A DNA stretch of 57,933 nucleotides from an uncultured virus (IMG/VR IMGVR_UViG_3300020171_000002) (IMGVR_UViG_3300020171_000002), one strand, 5' to 3'; positions 1 to 10,039 are shown, counted from the stretch's first letter. Notes: generated from the letters alone by a model not told the origin. Numbers and translations: made by a program.

Positions 1-130
1 AATTATGCTTATTAGAAAAATTTTAGAATAAAAAAATAAAAAATTAGAATTAATAAAATCCTGGAGAAAATAATCAGGATTTTATTTTTTTATTTGTTGG
101 TTTATTGGTTTATTTGTTGGATTGTAGGAT

Positions 131-160
131 TGATTGATAGTGATTGATAGTGATTGATAG
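131..160. repeat. Tandem repeat (TGATTGATAG)x3
   Basis: Three exact 10-bp copies. Confidence 0.9.
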
Positions 161-206
161 TGATTGTATTTTGTTGGATGGTAGGAATTGATTAGATATC
201 AAATAG

Positions 207-263
207 TTAAGTTAAGTTAATGATTAAGTTAAGTTAATGATTAAGTTAAGTTAATGATTAAGT
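207..263. repeat. Tandem repeat (TTAAGTTAAGTTAATGA)x3.3
   Basis: Exact 17-bp copies at 207, 224 and 241, plus a partial fourth. Confidence 0.9.
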
Positions 264-310
264 GGGTTTAAGATTTATAATACTTCAGCATAAAATCCCA
301 TGTTATGCGA

Positions 311-345
311 ATATATCACGTTGTGATATATCACGTTGTGATATA
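311..345. repeat. Tandem 15-bp quasi-palindromic repeat
   Basis: ATATATCACGTTGTG x2, giving two overlapping TATATCAC-gtt-GTGATATA palindromes. Confidence 0.85.
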
Positions 346-380
346 CTTTTAATGCTATAATCTCCAATAATCAATCATCA

Positions 381-630
381 TTTAAGCCATTCTAAGGCGA
401 TTCTATAACCAATAGGTCATTATATATCATATCACTATATAAATCGCTTATTATCCTTTAAAATATCGTTAGAATGGATTGTATAGTATATTACAATGAT
501 ATATAGTCAACGTATAGCACAACAACAAGAGACAACAAGAGACAAGAGACAAGCGATTCCAGGCAATCAATCAAGCTTATTTGATCCATTGATACCACTA
601 TGCCATAGAATCGCCTTAAAATGGCTTAAA
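381..630. repeat. 26-bp inverted repeat pair (381-406 / 605-630)
   Basis: TTTAAGCCATTCTAAGGCGATTCTAT versus ATAGAATCGCCTTAAAATGGCTTAAA, one mismatch. Confidence 0.85.
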
Positions 631-760
631 ATGGCTTTAAATGTTGTCATAATGTATATATTATGACAAGTTATTGACGCCTATGGCATGGCATAACATA
701 GAATAAGACCGCCATACTTTACATGAATTAATAGAAAGAATGTTCGAAAACCAGGGTAGG

Positions 761-1037
761 CACATCACATCACACACCCTACAAAACCCCCATCCAAAAC
801 ACTCAACAAAATTAATCCAAAACAATCAAAAACCCCCTCAACTCCCTCACCAAACTTCACAATAAAAACAATCCAAAACTCACAACAACTCCACAAAAAC
901 CCAAATCAAACCTACACAAAACCACTAACAAAAATCATCACATAAAACAATACAAACCAAAAAACTATAAAAAATCTATCAAAAAACCAATAACACACCT
1001 AAATTATCCAACTCAATTAAATTTTCAAAAACAACAA
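761..1037. other. 277-bp G-free C/A-rich low-complexity tract
   Basis: No G on the + strand between 761 and 1037. Confidence 0.9.
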
Positions 1038-1058
1038 GCTATCTAAAACAACAAAACA

Positions 1059-1349
1059 TTAAAAACAACTATAAAACTTTCCATTAAAAAAAGGTACGCT
1101 AATCACATTAATCTTACTCCCCCTATATTTCAAATTCTTACTATAAACAGTATAAACCTTACCACCAATAACCTTCTCTCCCTTAACCATATAATCTTTT
1201 CTTGAAATTATAAAATTAAAATCCCAAAAATATAAAGAAAATATAAAATCTAATCTTCCAGAATTAAACAAAACAACAAAAAATATTTCTCTACCCTTTT
1301 TATCTGCTTTAGTAAATCTGAAATATGGTTTTGAAAATAGATTTTTCAT
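1059..1349 (-). CDS. Hypothetical protein
   Basis: 96-aa ORF whose start overlaps the stop of the upstream gene. Confidence 0.6.
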   Translation of the reverse strand: MKNLFSKPYFRFTKADKKGREIFFVVLFNSGRLDFIFSLYFWDFNFIISRKDYMVKGEKVIGGKVYTVYSKNLKYRGSKINVISVPFFNGKFYSCF

Positions 1350-1651
1350 ATTTTACCCTGTTCCTCAATCCAATCCCAATTTCTATAATCCCAATCCATA
1401 TCCAAAATCTTATTTTCACTCACAACACTATAAGATTTTATTACAATCCAATCATCTTCCCAACCACTTTTCCATTCACCTGATTCATCTATTTTTCCTT
1501 CTTCTCTTTTCAATCTTAAAACTTTACCTACAACAGCATACTCTACAGGAATCCAACTAACATCAAGAATACTTATATTTCCAGATCTCTTACGCAGTAA
1601 ACATTGTTGATACATTTGCTCTTGTTTCTTGCTAATATTTTTATCTCCCAC
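1346..1651 (-). CDS. Hypothetical phage protein
   Basis: 101-aa ORF with a GGAGGT RBS upstream. Confidence 0.75.
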   Translation of the reverse strand: MGDKNISKKQEQMYQQCLLRKRSGNISILDVSWIPVEYAVVGKVLRLKREEGKIDESGEWKSGWEDDWIVIKSYSVVSENKILDMDWDYRNWDWIEEQGKI

Positions 1652-1686
1652 ATTACACCTCCTATATACCTAAATTAACTCTATTT

Positions 1687-1962
1687 CTAAATTAACTCTT
1701 CTTCACTACAGCCAATAACTTCATATTCAGTAATATTGAATCCTAATTCAGCATTGATCAATACTTTTACATCAATCCTTCCTCTGGCTCTTCTGGCATA
1801 GTATTTCCAGCATTCATAACAAAAGTCTAAATTATTACCACTACTATCCTTTACCTTTACTTCAGAAAGAGTAGTAAATTTATTTTGATCTATATAAAAC
1901 TTACCAGGAATGATTCCTCCACAACTATCACACTTAATTATTTTTACATTTATTTCACTCAT
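1687..1962 (-). CDS. Hypothetical Zn-finger protein
   Basis: CDSC...CYEC pairs and an AGGAG RBS. Confidence 0.7.
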   Translation of the reverse strand: MSEINVKIIKCDSCGGIIPGKFYIDQNKFTTLSEVKVKDSSGNNLDFCYECWKYYARRARGRIDVKVLINAELGFNITEYEVIGCSEEELI

Positions 1963-1996
1963 TTATCAATCTCCTATTCTTCTTATTCTATGATCA

Positions 1997-2632
1997 CTAA
2001 AATTTCACACATTCCATTTTACCATCTCTTAAATCAGGACTATATCTTCCAAGAATATAATCTGGTCTTCTTTGATCAGATTGTACACAACAGGCAATAA
2101 TTCTCCATCCATCATCAAGTAATCCTTGTAAGCTTTCAGTACAATAATCAACTGCATATCCTGTTTGGTTGATATTCAATAATCCTAAATTACCAACATG
2201 AACATCACATTTTTGATTGAATTCCATAGATTGATTAAATTGTTTTAAAGTATTCTCAAATTTATCATAAATATAAGTCATTTGTTGAATCACTGAAAAA
2301 TAATTACTGCTAGGCTCAATTGATTTTGGCAATCCTCTAACTAGAATTTTTATATTAGGATGTAATCCAAGAAATGTTTCTAAATCAGTTAGATATTCTT
2401 TTTTATTATCAAGACCAACGAACATTGATTCTCTTACAAGTTCTTTCTTACCAGAAATAACATCCTCATCATCTTTATCAAAACTATGATTCCAATTATA
2501 AAATTTTACATCTTTATTTTCTTTGTTTATACAATAAGTCTCATATTCAATTTTATCTGCCAATGTGCTTTCTAATTTTTCTAATTCTTGTTTAGATATT
2601 TTTTGATTTTCAAAACTAATTCTTGCAAACAT
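1997..2632 (-). CDS. Hypothetical phage protein
   Basis: 211-aa ORF with RBS. The C-terminus carries a GWRIIACC..QRRPDYILGR motif. Confidence 0.8.
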   Translation of the reverse strand: MFARISFENQKISKQELEKLESTLADKIEYETYCINKENKDVKFYNWNHSFDKDDEDVISGKKELVRESMFVGLDNKKEYLTDLETFLGLHPNIKILVRGLPKSIEPSSNYFSVIQQMTYIYDKFENTLKQFNQSMEFNQKCDVHVGNLGLLNINQTGYAVDYCTESLQGLLDDGWRIIACCVQSDQRRPDYILGRYSPDLRDGKMECVKF

Positions 2633-2806
2633 ATTTTATTATTTTCCTTTCTTTATTTTAATTTTTATTTTTATCTTCTTATTTTTTTGTCGTAAACGCC
2701 GTAGGCAATTTAAAAAATTTTTTGTAAGCAATTTTACTGGTGTACACTATTTCTCTCTTTAAGAGTTCTTTACTTTCTTTTCTTTCTTTTATATATTCTT
2801 TAATAG

Positions 2807-2920
2807 GTTCTTTTTAGCAACAGGTGTATTGTTCTTTTTAACAACGATGTGTGTTGTTTTTAACAACGATACATCGTTCTTTTTAACAACGATGAATTGT
2901 TACTAAAAACAACAATACTT
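2807..2920. repeat. Iteron-like array (about 5 copies, 22-24-bp period, core GTT(C/G)TTTTTAACAACGAT), putative replication origin
   Basis: Copies at 2807, 2831, 2853 and 2876 plus a degenerate one at 2899. Adjacent to an AT-rich tract and to the HTH gene. Confidence 0.75.
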
Positions 2921-2938
2921 TTAATGATTTCAAAGATT

Positions 2939-3451
2939 TTACCAGGAATATTCATCATTATTTTCATCATTTCTTTCTTCATTTTTTTTATTTTTTTCTT
3001 TTTCTTTTTGGATTATTTTTTCTTTTATTTTTTCACGACCTGTTTCTTGATATCTTTGTCTTTGATAATTTGTTTTGAGATAAGCCTTTTTTTCTTTATT
3101 CTTCAATTGATAAATATTTTTTGAAACAGGTCTGTACCAGTTAGCACTATTTAATTTCTCTTCTAAAGTCATTTGAGATTTATTGACTTTTTCAATTAGT
3201 TTGTCTTTTAATAAAAGTTGGATGGCTTTTCTTACACTTGACCAACTCAATTGAAGTTCATTTCCTATGGCAACTTCTGATTTAGTACAACATCTTTTAT
3301 CTCCAGACATTGCGTATTTTGAATAATTAGCAATAACTGAAAATACCATAGAGGGAATTACTCCATAATGATTCAACATATCTTTATAAACTTTAAAATA
3401 TTCAAGACCAGATCCATCTTCAAAATAACCTTTATTTTCTTGATTAGTCAT
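2939..3451 (-). CDS. Winged-helix DNA-binding protein, probable replication initiator
   Basis: KSEVAIGNELQLSWSSVRKAIQLLLKDKLIEK HTH, adjacent iterons, and ATG at 3451 with an AAGGA RBS. Confidence 0.65.
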   Translation of the reverse strand: MTNQENKGYFEDGSGLEYFKVYKDMLNHYGVIPSMVFSVIANYSKYAMSGDKRCCTKSEVAIGNELQLSWSSVRKAIQLLLKDKLIEKVNKSQMTLEEKLNSANWYRPVSKNIYQLKNKEKKAYLKTNYQRQRYQETGREKIKEKIIQKEKEKNKKNEERNDENNDEYSW

Positions 3452-3501
3452 ATTTTTTCCTTTTATATTTTTTAATAATGCTATTTTTGATAGCAAACAA
3501 A

Positions 3502-3530
3502 TTTATAACATGATATTTCATTGTTGTCAA
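3502..3530 (-). promoter_or_regulatory. Sigma70-type promoter for the HTH gene, overlapped by an iteron-like operator
   Basis: TTGACA-17bp-TATAAA with TGn extension. GTTGTCAAGAACAACGATAC covers the -35. Confidence 0.7.
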
Positions 3531-3565
3531 GAACAACGATACTTTTTTCTAAAACTCATTTTCAC

Positions 3566-3594
3566 TTGACAAAAAATATGTTCTATGATAACAT
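3566..3594 (+). promoter_or_regulatory. Sigma70-type promoter facing the RNAP operon
   Basis: TTGACA-17bp-TAACAT with TGn extension. Confidence 0.6.
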
Positions 3595-3752
3595 TCATTT
3601 TAGTAAACCAGTGTAGATTTTATTTTTATTATTAGAATATTATTTGCGCTACGCTGGTTTACCAGACAAAATAATTAATAAAAGAATTATCTATATTATA
3701 CACAACATTATTGGTATGCACAAGGGAATAAGGAGTAAAATAAAAAACAAAA

Positions 3753-4103
3753 ATGTCACACAATAAAAGTTTATTAGAAAGAATAAAAATATTTGAAGAA
3801 GAAGATTTAGAAGATGTTTACCTGGAAAATTTTTCTGAAGTGAGTTTTGAAAATATAGATATTGATGAAGATGATCCTTACAATGAATGTTACAATAAAT
3901 TTTATGAGTTTTTATTAGATGAAGCCATAGAACAAGATGAACAATATATATGTAGAAATGAATTTGATTGGGAAGAAATGTCTTATTATAGATTTGAAAT
4001 AAATGGTGAAAACATATTGGATTATCATTATGATGAATATTCGTGTGGAAATTGGGATGAAGATATAAATAAAACATTGGTTGAAATAAAAACATTAGAA
4101 TAA
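3753..4103 (+). CDS. Highly acidic hypothetical protein
   Basis: About 36 D/E versus 8 K/R in 116 aa. Confidence 0.75.
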   Translation: MSHNKSLLERIKIFEEEDLEDVYLENFSEVSFENIDIDEDDPYNECYNKFYEFLLDEAIEQDEQYICRNEFDWEEMSYYRFEINGENILDYHYDEYSCGNWDEDINKTLVEIKTLE

Positions 4104-4121
4104 AAAAGAAAGGATAATATT

Positions 4122-4268
4122 ATGCATCTAATTGTAGGACTACTTCTAGCAGCTATTTTTAATTCAGGGAATAAAGAAAAAGTAAAATCTGGAGAATATG
4201 TTGTTGTTGGAAAAGGGAACAATAGAAAATTAAAAGATAAAAAAACTGGAATGTATATAGTTACTTAG
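4122..4268 (+). CDS. Small hypothetical protein (48 aa)
   Basis: ATG with an AAAGGA RBS, reading MHLIVGLLLAAIFNSG..., and filling the gap before the RNAP gene. Confidence 0.5.
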   Translation: MHLIVGLLLAAIFNSGNKEKVKSGEYVVVGKGNNRKLKDKKTGMYIVT

Positions 4269-4312
4269 TTTTTTATCTTTTTTTTAATTTTAATAGAAAG
4301 GAAAATAATAAT

Positions 4313-5935
4313 TTGAAAAAACTTCAGCAATATTATATATTCAAAATTTCAACAAACAGATTGAAAAGACAAAATTATAAAATGAAATTGGATATAAAAA
4401 ATGCTAGAAAATCCGGTGAAATAGTTTCCATTGGAGATTCTCAGGCATTGCGAAGTCTTAGAGAAATAAAAGGAATAAACACAGATGAACAAAAAATAAA
4501 TGATTTATTAATAGAAAGAAAAAGAATAAAAAGAAGAAAATCATCAGATGAAAACTCAGAAAGATTAATTGAAATAGATAAAGACATAGATAATATGCTT
4601 TTTGTTCCAGAAATAGTTTCAGTTTTTGTTGAAAATAAAGCACATTATAAATATATTGGAAAGAATGGTTTTTATTTGAATGATAAAAAATTTGTTAGAT
4701 TTTCTTGTGGAGCAGGTCAAGCAAGAAGAAATAATGCCTTATTTATTAATGAAGAATATGAACAACAATTAAAAACAATTTTAAACAATGGTAGGGAAGA
4801 CATTGAAATTACACCTGCTAAATTTAATGCTTATTTTGCACTTTCTACATCGGCTGCTATTCCTGTTTCCGAACCTTATTTTTGTGTTGTTGCCGATAAA
4901 GAAGTAGAAAGAATAGAAAAAGTAGATTTTATTTATGAAATTAATAATGAAGATGATGTTGTAAAAGAAGAAAATAAAAAAATAACATTCAACTTATGGG
5001 ACGGACAAGGAATTATATCTCCTAAAATGGCTAAAAAATGGGCTAATGACCTTGAATTAGACTACATTCCCTCTTCTTTTATAGTTAGATCAAATTTCAT
5101 AAAAGGTCTTGTTGTAGTAATTGATTTTCATAAATTTTCAGACGAAATAGGCAAACGTTTTATAACAGATATTTATGGTGATAAAATAAATATAAGAGAT
5201 ATGGACATTATTTTAACTCAATCTCAATTTAAGTTATGGAATGCTTTTTCTTCTATTTCGGATTATAAAAAGAAGTTAAGGGAAAATAAATTAAAATGGT
5301 CTATATCTAGAGTTGCTCCAAAGAGTGAATCTAAACATACATTTTTAAATTATCAATTTGTTCAATCATTAAATTTAAATGATAAATCAATTAAAAATTT
5401 ATGTGAACCAACATTAAATTATTTTAAAAATATAACTAAAGAAGATATAAGATATACGTTACTTTATCTTTTAGGAAAATTTTCTGATGAAGAATATGAT
5501 GAAAATATTTTTAAAAAAATAAATGATAAAATAACAAGGGCAATTATTTTAAACAATAAAATTTTAGAAGATCCTTATATCAAGAAATATTTATTGCATA
5601 GTTTAAATAAAAAAATAAAAGAATCATATATTGGAAATTTAATAGTTGATGGATCTTATACAATGATGATAGCAGATCCTTATGCCTTTTTAGAATATTT
5701 ATTTGATTTACCCATTGAGGGTCTTCTAAAAAGAGATGAACACTATAATCAATATTGGTTGAATAAAGGAGAAAAAAAACTTGCTGCTTTACGTGCTCCA
5801 TTAACATGGAGAAGTGAAGTAAATATTTTAAATTTGAAGATTTCTGAAAAAATACAAGAGTGGTTTCAATATCTTAATTCTTGTGTTGTTTATAACGTTT
5901 TTGGAAATGATTGTTTGATACACGGTGGATCGGAT
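4313..5935 (+). CDS. yonO: YonO-like single-subunit RNA polymerase, exon 1
   Basis: WDGQG, VRSNFIKG, DPY and LRAP motifs of the RdRP-like two-barrel family. Ends at HGGSD, the first half of the catalytic motif. Confidence 0.85.
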
Positions 5936-7034
5936 TAATAATATAGTCCCCTTATATGGTGACATATAAGTGAAAACTTGGTGAACTACTAAATAGTAGG
6001 TGTAGAAAGAAATTTCTGCTAACGGTGAAAATCTAAGTTATAAAATTATAAAATATAAAATCATAAAATTATAAAAGGTAATGAATTTTGAATAAGTTTT
6101 ACGTTTATGAATGGTACAATGTAGATACAGGAGAAATTTTTTATATTGGAACAAGCGGAAGAAAATACCGATATAAAGAATATAATCCAAAGAAAAGAAA
6201 TAAATTATTTACCGAATACTATAATACACATAAATGCTCTTCCAGAATAATAAAAAATAATTTAACTCAAGAAGAAGGTTGGAATTTAGAAATAGAATTT
6301 ATTAAAAAATATAAATCTGAAAATCACCCTTTAACAAATTTAACTCCTGGTGGACATTTTCCTCCAATTATGTATGGTGAAGATAATCCTATGTTTGGAA
6401 AAGAACATACAGATGAAACAAAAGAAAAATTAAGTTTTATTAATTCCGATGGCAGACACGCAGGAAAAAATAATTCTCAGTACGGTGTTTCTTTAAAAGA
6501 TAGAATGGATTCTCAAACATACAAAAGATGGATTAAAAAACACCAAGGAAAAATTGGTGATAAAAATCCTAATTTTGGAAATAAAAAATTATCTAACTAT
6601 TATTCTGAGCATCCAGAAGAGGCATTAAGACTTCAATCAAGAAAAGGAATTAAAAATGGAAGAGCCACTCCTATAAAAATGCTTGATAATAAAGGAAATT
6701 TAATTAAAGAATTTGCATTTATCCGCTTATGTGCAGAATATTTAATGTCTTCAAATATTTCAAAAAGTAAAAAGATACAAACAATTTATTCCAATATTTA
6801 TAATGCAAACAAAAATAATTCTTTATATTTGGGTTATAAATTTTCTTACTAATTTTTATAATTTTATAATATGATAATACCGTGTGAAGTCTTGAAAAAA
6901 GAAACATGTAACGACTATTCCGAAAGGAAGTAACTTGCAGGTGAAACTCCTGCTTGTGAAGCGCCAAGGCACTTTTATAGTGTAAGAGATAGTCTACTCC
7001 CCTAATAAATATCGGGAAACCGAGGGTATAAAGG
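5936..7034 (+). mobile_element. Group I intron in the RNAP DxDGD motif
   Basis: Exon GGAU pairs with GUCC (P1 with U.G). P3 is CTTGGTG/CGCCAAG. P7 elements are AACGACTA and AAGAGATAGTCTA. Terminal G at 7034. Splicing restores GSD-FDGD in frame. Confidence 0.9.
6088..6852 (+). CDS. Intron-encoded GIY-YIG homing endonuclease with NUMOD3-like repeats
   Basis: FYVY...FYIG, E...N signature, and GEDNPMFGKEHTDETKEKLS repeats. Confidence 0.85.
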   Translation: MNKFYVYEWYNVDTGEIFYIGTSGRKYRYKEYNPKKRNKLFTEYYNTHKCSSRIIKNNLTQEEGWNLEIEFIKKYKSENHPLTNLTPGGHFPPIMYGEDNPMFGKEHTDETKEKLSFINSDGRHAGKNNSQYGVSLKDRMDSQTYKRWIKKHQGKIGDKNPNFGNKKLSNYYSEHPEEALRLQSRKGIKNGRATPIKMLDNKGNLIKEFAFIRLCAEYLMSSNISKSKKIQTIYSNIYNANKNNSLYLGYKFSY

Positions 7035-8177
7035 TTTGATGGTGACATAGTATGTATAACAAACAATCAAGAAGTAATTAATGGTGCATATAGAGGTTTG
7101 CCAATTGATTATGAAAATAAAAAAGCACCAAAAGAAAAAATATGTGAAAAAAACTTATATTTAGCGGACATCGATGGTTTTAACTCTAAGGTCGGATTTG
7201 TTACAAATGTTGCGACTACTGCATTTGCTATGCTTCCTTTATTTAAAGAAAATACAGAAGAATATTCTGAATTGATAGACAGGCTGAAAAGACTAAGAAA
7301 AGAACAAGGAAGTACAATTGATGCAACTAAAGGCTTAGAAATTAAACCATTTCCTATTCATTGGACTAAATGGAATAAAATAAACGAAGATGATTCTAAT
7401 GAAATAAAAAATAAAAAAAGATTTTTGAACAATATTACAATAAATAAAAGACCTTATTTTATGAGATATGTTTATTCTCATTATAATAAAGAATACCTAA
7501 TCTATTTAAATAAGTGGAAAGACAATGTTAGATTCAATGTTAATAAAACTTTAGACGAACTATTAATTGAAGAAAATTTAAGTCAAAAAGAAAAAAGTCT
7601 TATAAATAATTATAATAAATATCATCCTTTTTTAGAAACAAGTTGTACAATGAATAAAATTTGTTGGAATATGGAGAAAAATATTTCACAATTAAAAATT
7701 AGTTTAAAGCAAGAAATAACCGATGATATTATTTTACTATTGAAAAATAAAGATATTCAAACAGATCCCAAAAAATATAAACAACTATATGATTTGTATA
7801 AAAAATATAAAAGTGAAAAAAGAAATTTCTCAAAAATTAAAAATTTAGATGACAATATTAAATTTAGAAGCATTGATCAATTTAATAAATATATTCGACA
7901 GGAAGCTAATTACATTTCTTCTAATGGGTCTGAGTTGGCAAATATGGCTGTTGATATTTGTTACATTACTCATCCTAATGATAATAAAAATTTTTTATGG
8001 AGTGTTTTTGGGGATGATTTATTAGAAAATATTTACTTAAATAGACAAGAAAACATACTTGTTCCTTTTTTGGATAAATTTGGAGATATAGAATATCTTG
8101 GGAATAAATATAAAATGAAAAAAATAAATATTGATGATATATATGATAACGAGGATTTTTATGAATATAGTCTTTGA
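7035..8177 (+). CDS. yonO: YonO-like RNA polymerase, exon 2 (spliced protein about 921 aa)
   Basis: Begins FDGDIVCITNN in frame with the 7098 ORF. Contains VGFVTN, QGSTIDATKG and KRPYFMRY motifs. Confidence 0.85.
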   Translation, partial: FDGDIVCITNNQEVINGAYRGLPIDYENKKAPKEKICEKNLYLADIDGFNSKVGFVTNVATTAFAMLPLFKENTEEYSELIDRLKRLRKEQGSTIDATKGLEIKPFPIHWTKWNKINEDDSNEIKNKKRFLNNITINKRPYFMRYVYSHYNKEYLIYLNKWKDNVRFNVNKTLDELLIEENLSQKEKSLINNYNKYHPFLETSCTMNKICWNMEKNISQLKISLKQEITDDIILLLKNKDIQTDPKKYKQLYDLYKKYKSEKRNFSKIKNLDDNIKFRSIDQFNKYIRQEANYISSNGSELANMAVDICYITHPNDNKNFLWSVFGDDLLENIYLNRQENILVPFLDKFGDIEYLGNKYKMKKINIDDIYDNEDFYEYSL

Positions 8178-8913
8178 TGAGTTTAAATATGCAGAAACAA
8201 TAATTAAAAAAGGATTGACTCGATTTATGTCAGGAAAAGATATTAGAATATTAATAAAGTATTTTAGACATATTGGAATCGAAGAAGATTTATTATATAA
8301 GAAAATTGTTGAATTTTTAAATAAATTTGAACCAGATTTTGTAGAAGCAATTTATCAAGAATTTATTTATAAATTAATTAGAACTTCTAGAGGAAGCGAA
8401 TTAAGGTTTTTTCAATCAGTTCCCTTTAGAAAAAATGAATTTAATAAAATAAGGAAACTAAACAATTATAGATTAGAAAAACTTTTATTTACTATGCTTG
8501 TTTTAGCTAAATACTTTTTTATTACAAAACAAAATAAAGAAGAATATAATGAAAAATACAATAATTATAGTTTAACTATCAAAGAATCTTCCTTGCTTAG
8601 AATGGCTAAAATAAGTAAAAGAAAAAATGAAAATTTAATTTATTTATTAATAGAAAATAAATTTATTTTTAGGACTGATAATGGAAATTTTATTTTATTT
8701 TTTGAAAAAGATGATGATTCTGAAGTATTATTTTATATAGAAGATATAAATAAAATTTATGAATATTATAAGCCTCATTGTGAAATTTGTGGAATTGAAA
8801 TTGAAAAAAGAAACAACAGACATAGTATGTGTAGCGATTGTTGGAAAGAAGTAAATAAGAATCAAATTAAAAAAAGAGTAGAAAGATATAGAAATAAAAA
8901 TGTAACGGTTTAG
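8161..8913 (+). CDS. Hypothetical protein with C-terminal Zn ribbon, RNAP-adjacent
   Basis: CEICG...CSDC. The start overlaps the end of the RNAP gene. Confidence 0.7.
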   Translation: MNIVFDEFKYAETIIKKGLTRFMSGKDIRILIKYFRHIGIEEDLLYKKIVEFLNKFEPDFVEAIYQEFIYKLIRTSRGSELRFFQSVPFRKNEFNKIRKLNNYRLEKLLFTMLVLAKYFFITKQNKEEYNEKYNNYSLTIKESSLLRMAKISKRKNENLIYLLIENKFIFRTDNGNFILFFEKDDDSEVLFYIEDINKIYEYYKPHCEICGIEIEKRNNRHSMCSDCWKEVNKNQIKKRVERYRNKNVTV

Positions 8914-8980
8914 GATAAGATTTCTATAATTTGAGTTAAGATATACAAAAACTTAAAATAAAATAAACAGGAAAAACAAA

Positions 8981-9391
8981 ATGTTAAAAAAAAATAAATA
9001 TAATCTTCAAAACCGTCCAGAAATAGAAGAAATAACAACAAGTCATTTTTTACACCTTGTATCAGAAGATGCAGGGTTCACACTATCAGATACCCGTATA
9101 TTTTGGAGATCTGTAGTTAGAATTATGGCTCGTGCTATTGTTTCAGAAAAAATCTTAAGAATTCATGGTATTGGAAAAATTTATGTAAAGACAATTCCTG
9201 CAAGAAGAATGTGGATTGGATTAAAGAAAAAAGAGGCATGGGTTGATGAATCTAAAAGAATTGTGTTTCAGTTTTCAAGAAGTTTAAAAGAACTTTTGTA
9301 TGATCATGTTTATTCTGACGGTAGAAATGCAGCGAAATATTTTGATAATATTGAATTAGATAATTTTGAAGATGATGATGAGTTTGAATAG
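8981..9391 (+). CDS. HU/IHF-like DNA-binding protein (YonN-like position)
   Basis: LRIHGIGKIYVKTIPARR...KRIVFQFSRSLKELL matches the HU fold pattern. Confidence 0.75.
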   Translation: MLKKNKYNLQNRPEIEEITTSHFLHLVSEDAGFTLSDTRIFWRSVVRIMARAIVSEKILRIHGIGKIYVKTIPARRMWIGLKKKEAWVDESKRIVFQFSRSLKELLYDHVYSDGRNAAKYFDNIELDNFEDDDEFE

Positions 9392-9499
9392 CGGGTAATA
9401 ATTTAACCAAATAAAAGAGGAATTTTATTGGATTAAATTATAAAATAAATTTTATAATTTTATTTTCTCTTGAGGAAGAGGAAGAAAAGGAGATTAAAA

Positions 9500-10039
9500 A
9501 TGGGCTTAACAGTAATAAGTGAAAATAATAAAAAAAGTTATCAGGCTTTATCAACTGATATAGTTGGTGGAAAAATTGATAACGCTTCTTGGATTGGTGC
9601 TGATGTTTATGTTGTAGACACACAAAAATGGTATAGGGTTGGAGAAGATCTAATTTTATATCCTCTGACTTCAATGTCTGAATCTGCACTAAGAAATGAA
9701 ATTGTAACAATTATGGCTTCGGGTTCATTGGGTTTAGGAGTATCTGCCTCTGTAACAATTAGTGATACAGATATTGCTGCTTTAATTACTCCTTCAGATT
9801 GGACTACCAATAATATCTCTTTTCAGGTTTCTCACGGAGATGGAATTTTTACTTCCTTAAAAGGATATGATACAGGAACAGAATATTATCTTACTTCTGC
9901 TTCTGCTGGAGGATGGTATCCTTTAACTTTACAAAATTTTTATGGAGTAACTGATTTGAAAGTTGTTTCGGGATTAAGTGCATCTCCTATTGTTCAATCT
10001 GGAAGTAGAATTATTACTCTTGTAACCAGACCTCTTTAA
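9500..10039 (+). CDS. Hypothetical, probable virion protein
   Basis: S/T/G-rich beta-type sequence with an AAGGAG RBS. Confidence 0.65.
   Translation: MGLTVISENNKKSYQALSTDIVGGKIDNASWIGADVYVVDTQKWYRVGEDLILYPLTSMSESALRNEIVTIMASGSLGLGVSASVTISDTDIAALITPSDWTTNNISFQVSHGDGIFTSLKGYDTGTEYYLTSASAGGWYPLTLQNFYGVTDLKVVSGLSASPIVQSGSRIITLVTRPL

Noticed and set aside
72..86. 15-nt match (AATCAGGATTTTATT) to the predicted IscB guide
   Set aside because: It is followed by TTTT rather than the inferred ATGG TAM, is AT-rich, and forms one arm of a terminator-like hairpin (52-86). Probably chance.
131..345. Short repeats as a CRISPR array
   Set aside because: The copies are directly tandem with no unique spacers, and no cas genes are present.
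2807..2920. Spaced repeats as a mini-CRISPR
   Set aside because: Intervening sequence is only 4-6 bp, which fits iterons better.
4313..5938. RNAP and tape measure (38892-39758) ORFs as truncated pseudogenes
   Set aside because: The stops lie inside group I introns, and splicing restores the frames.
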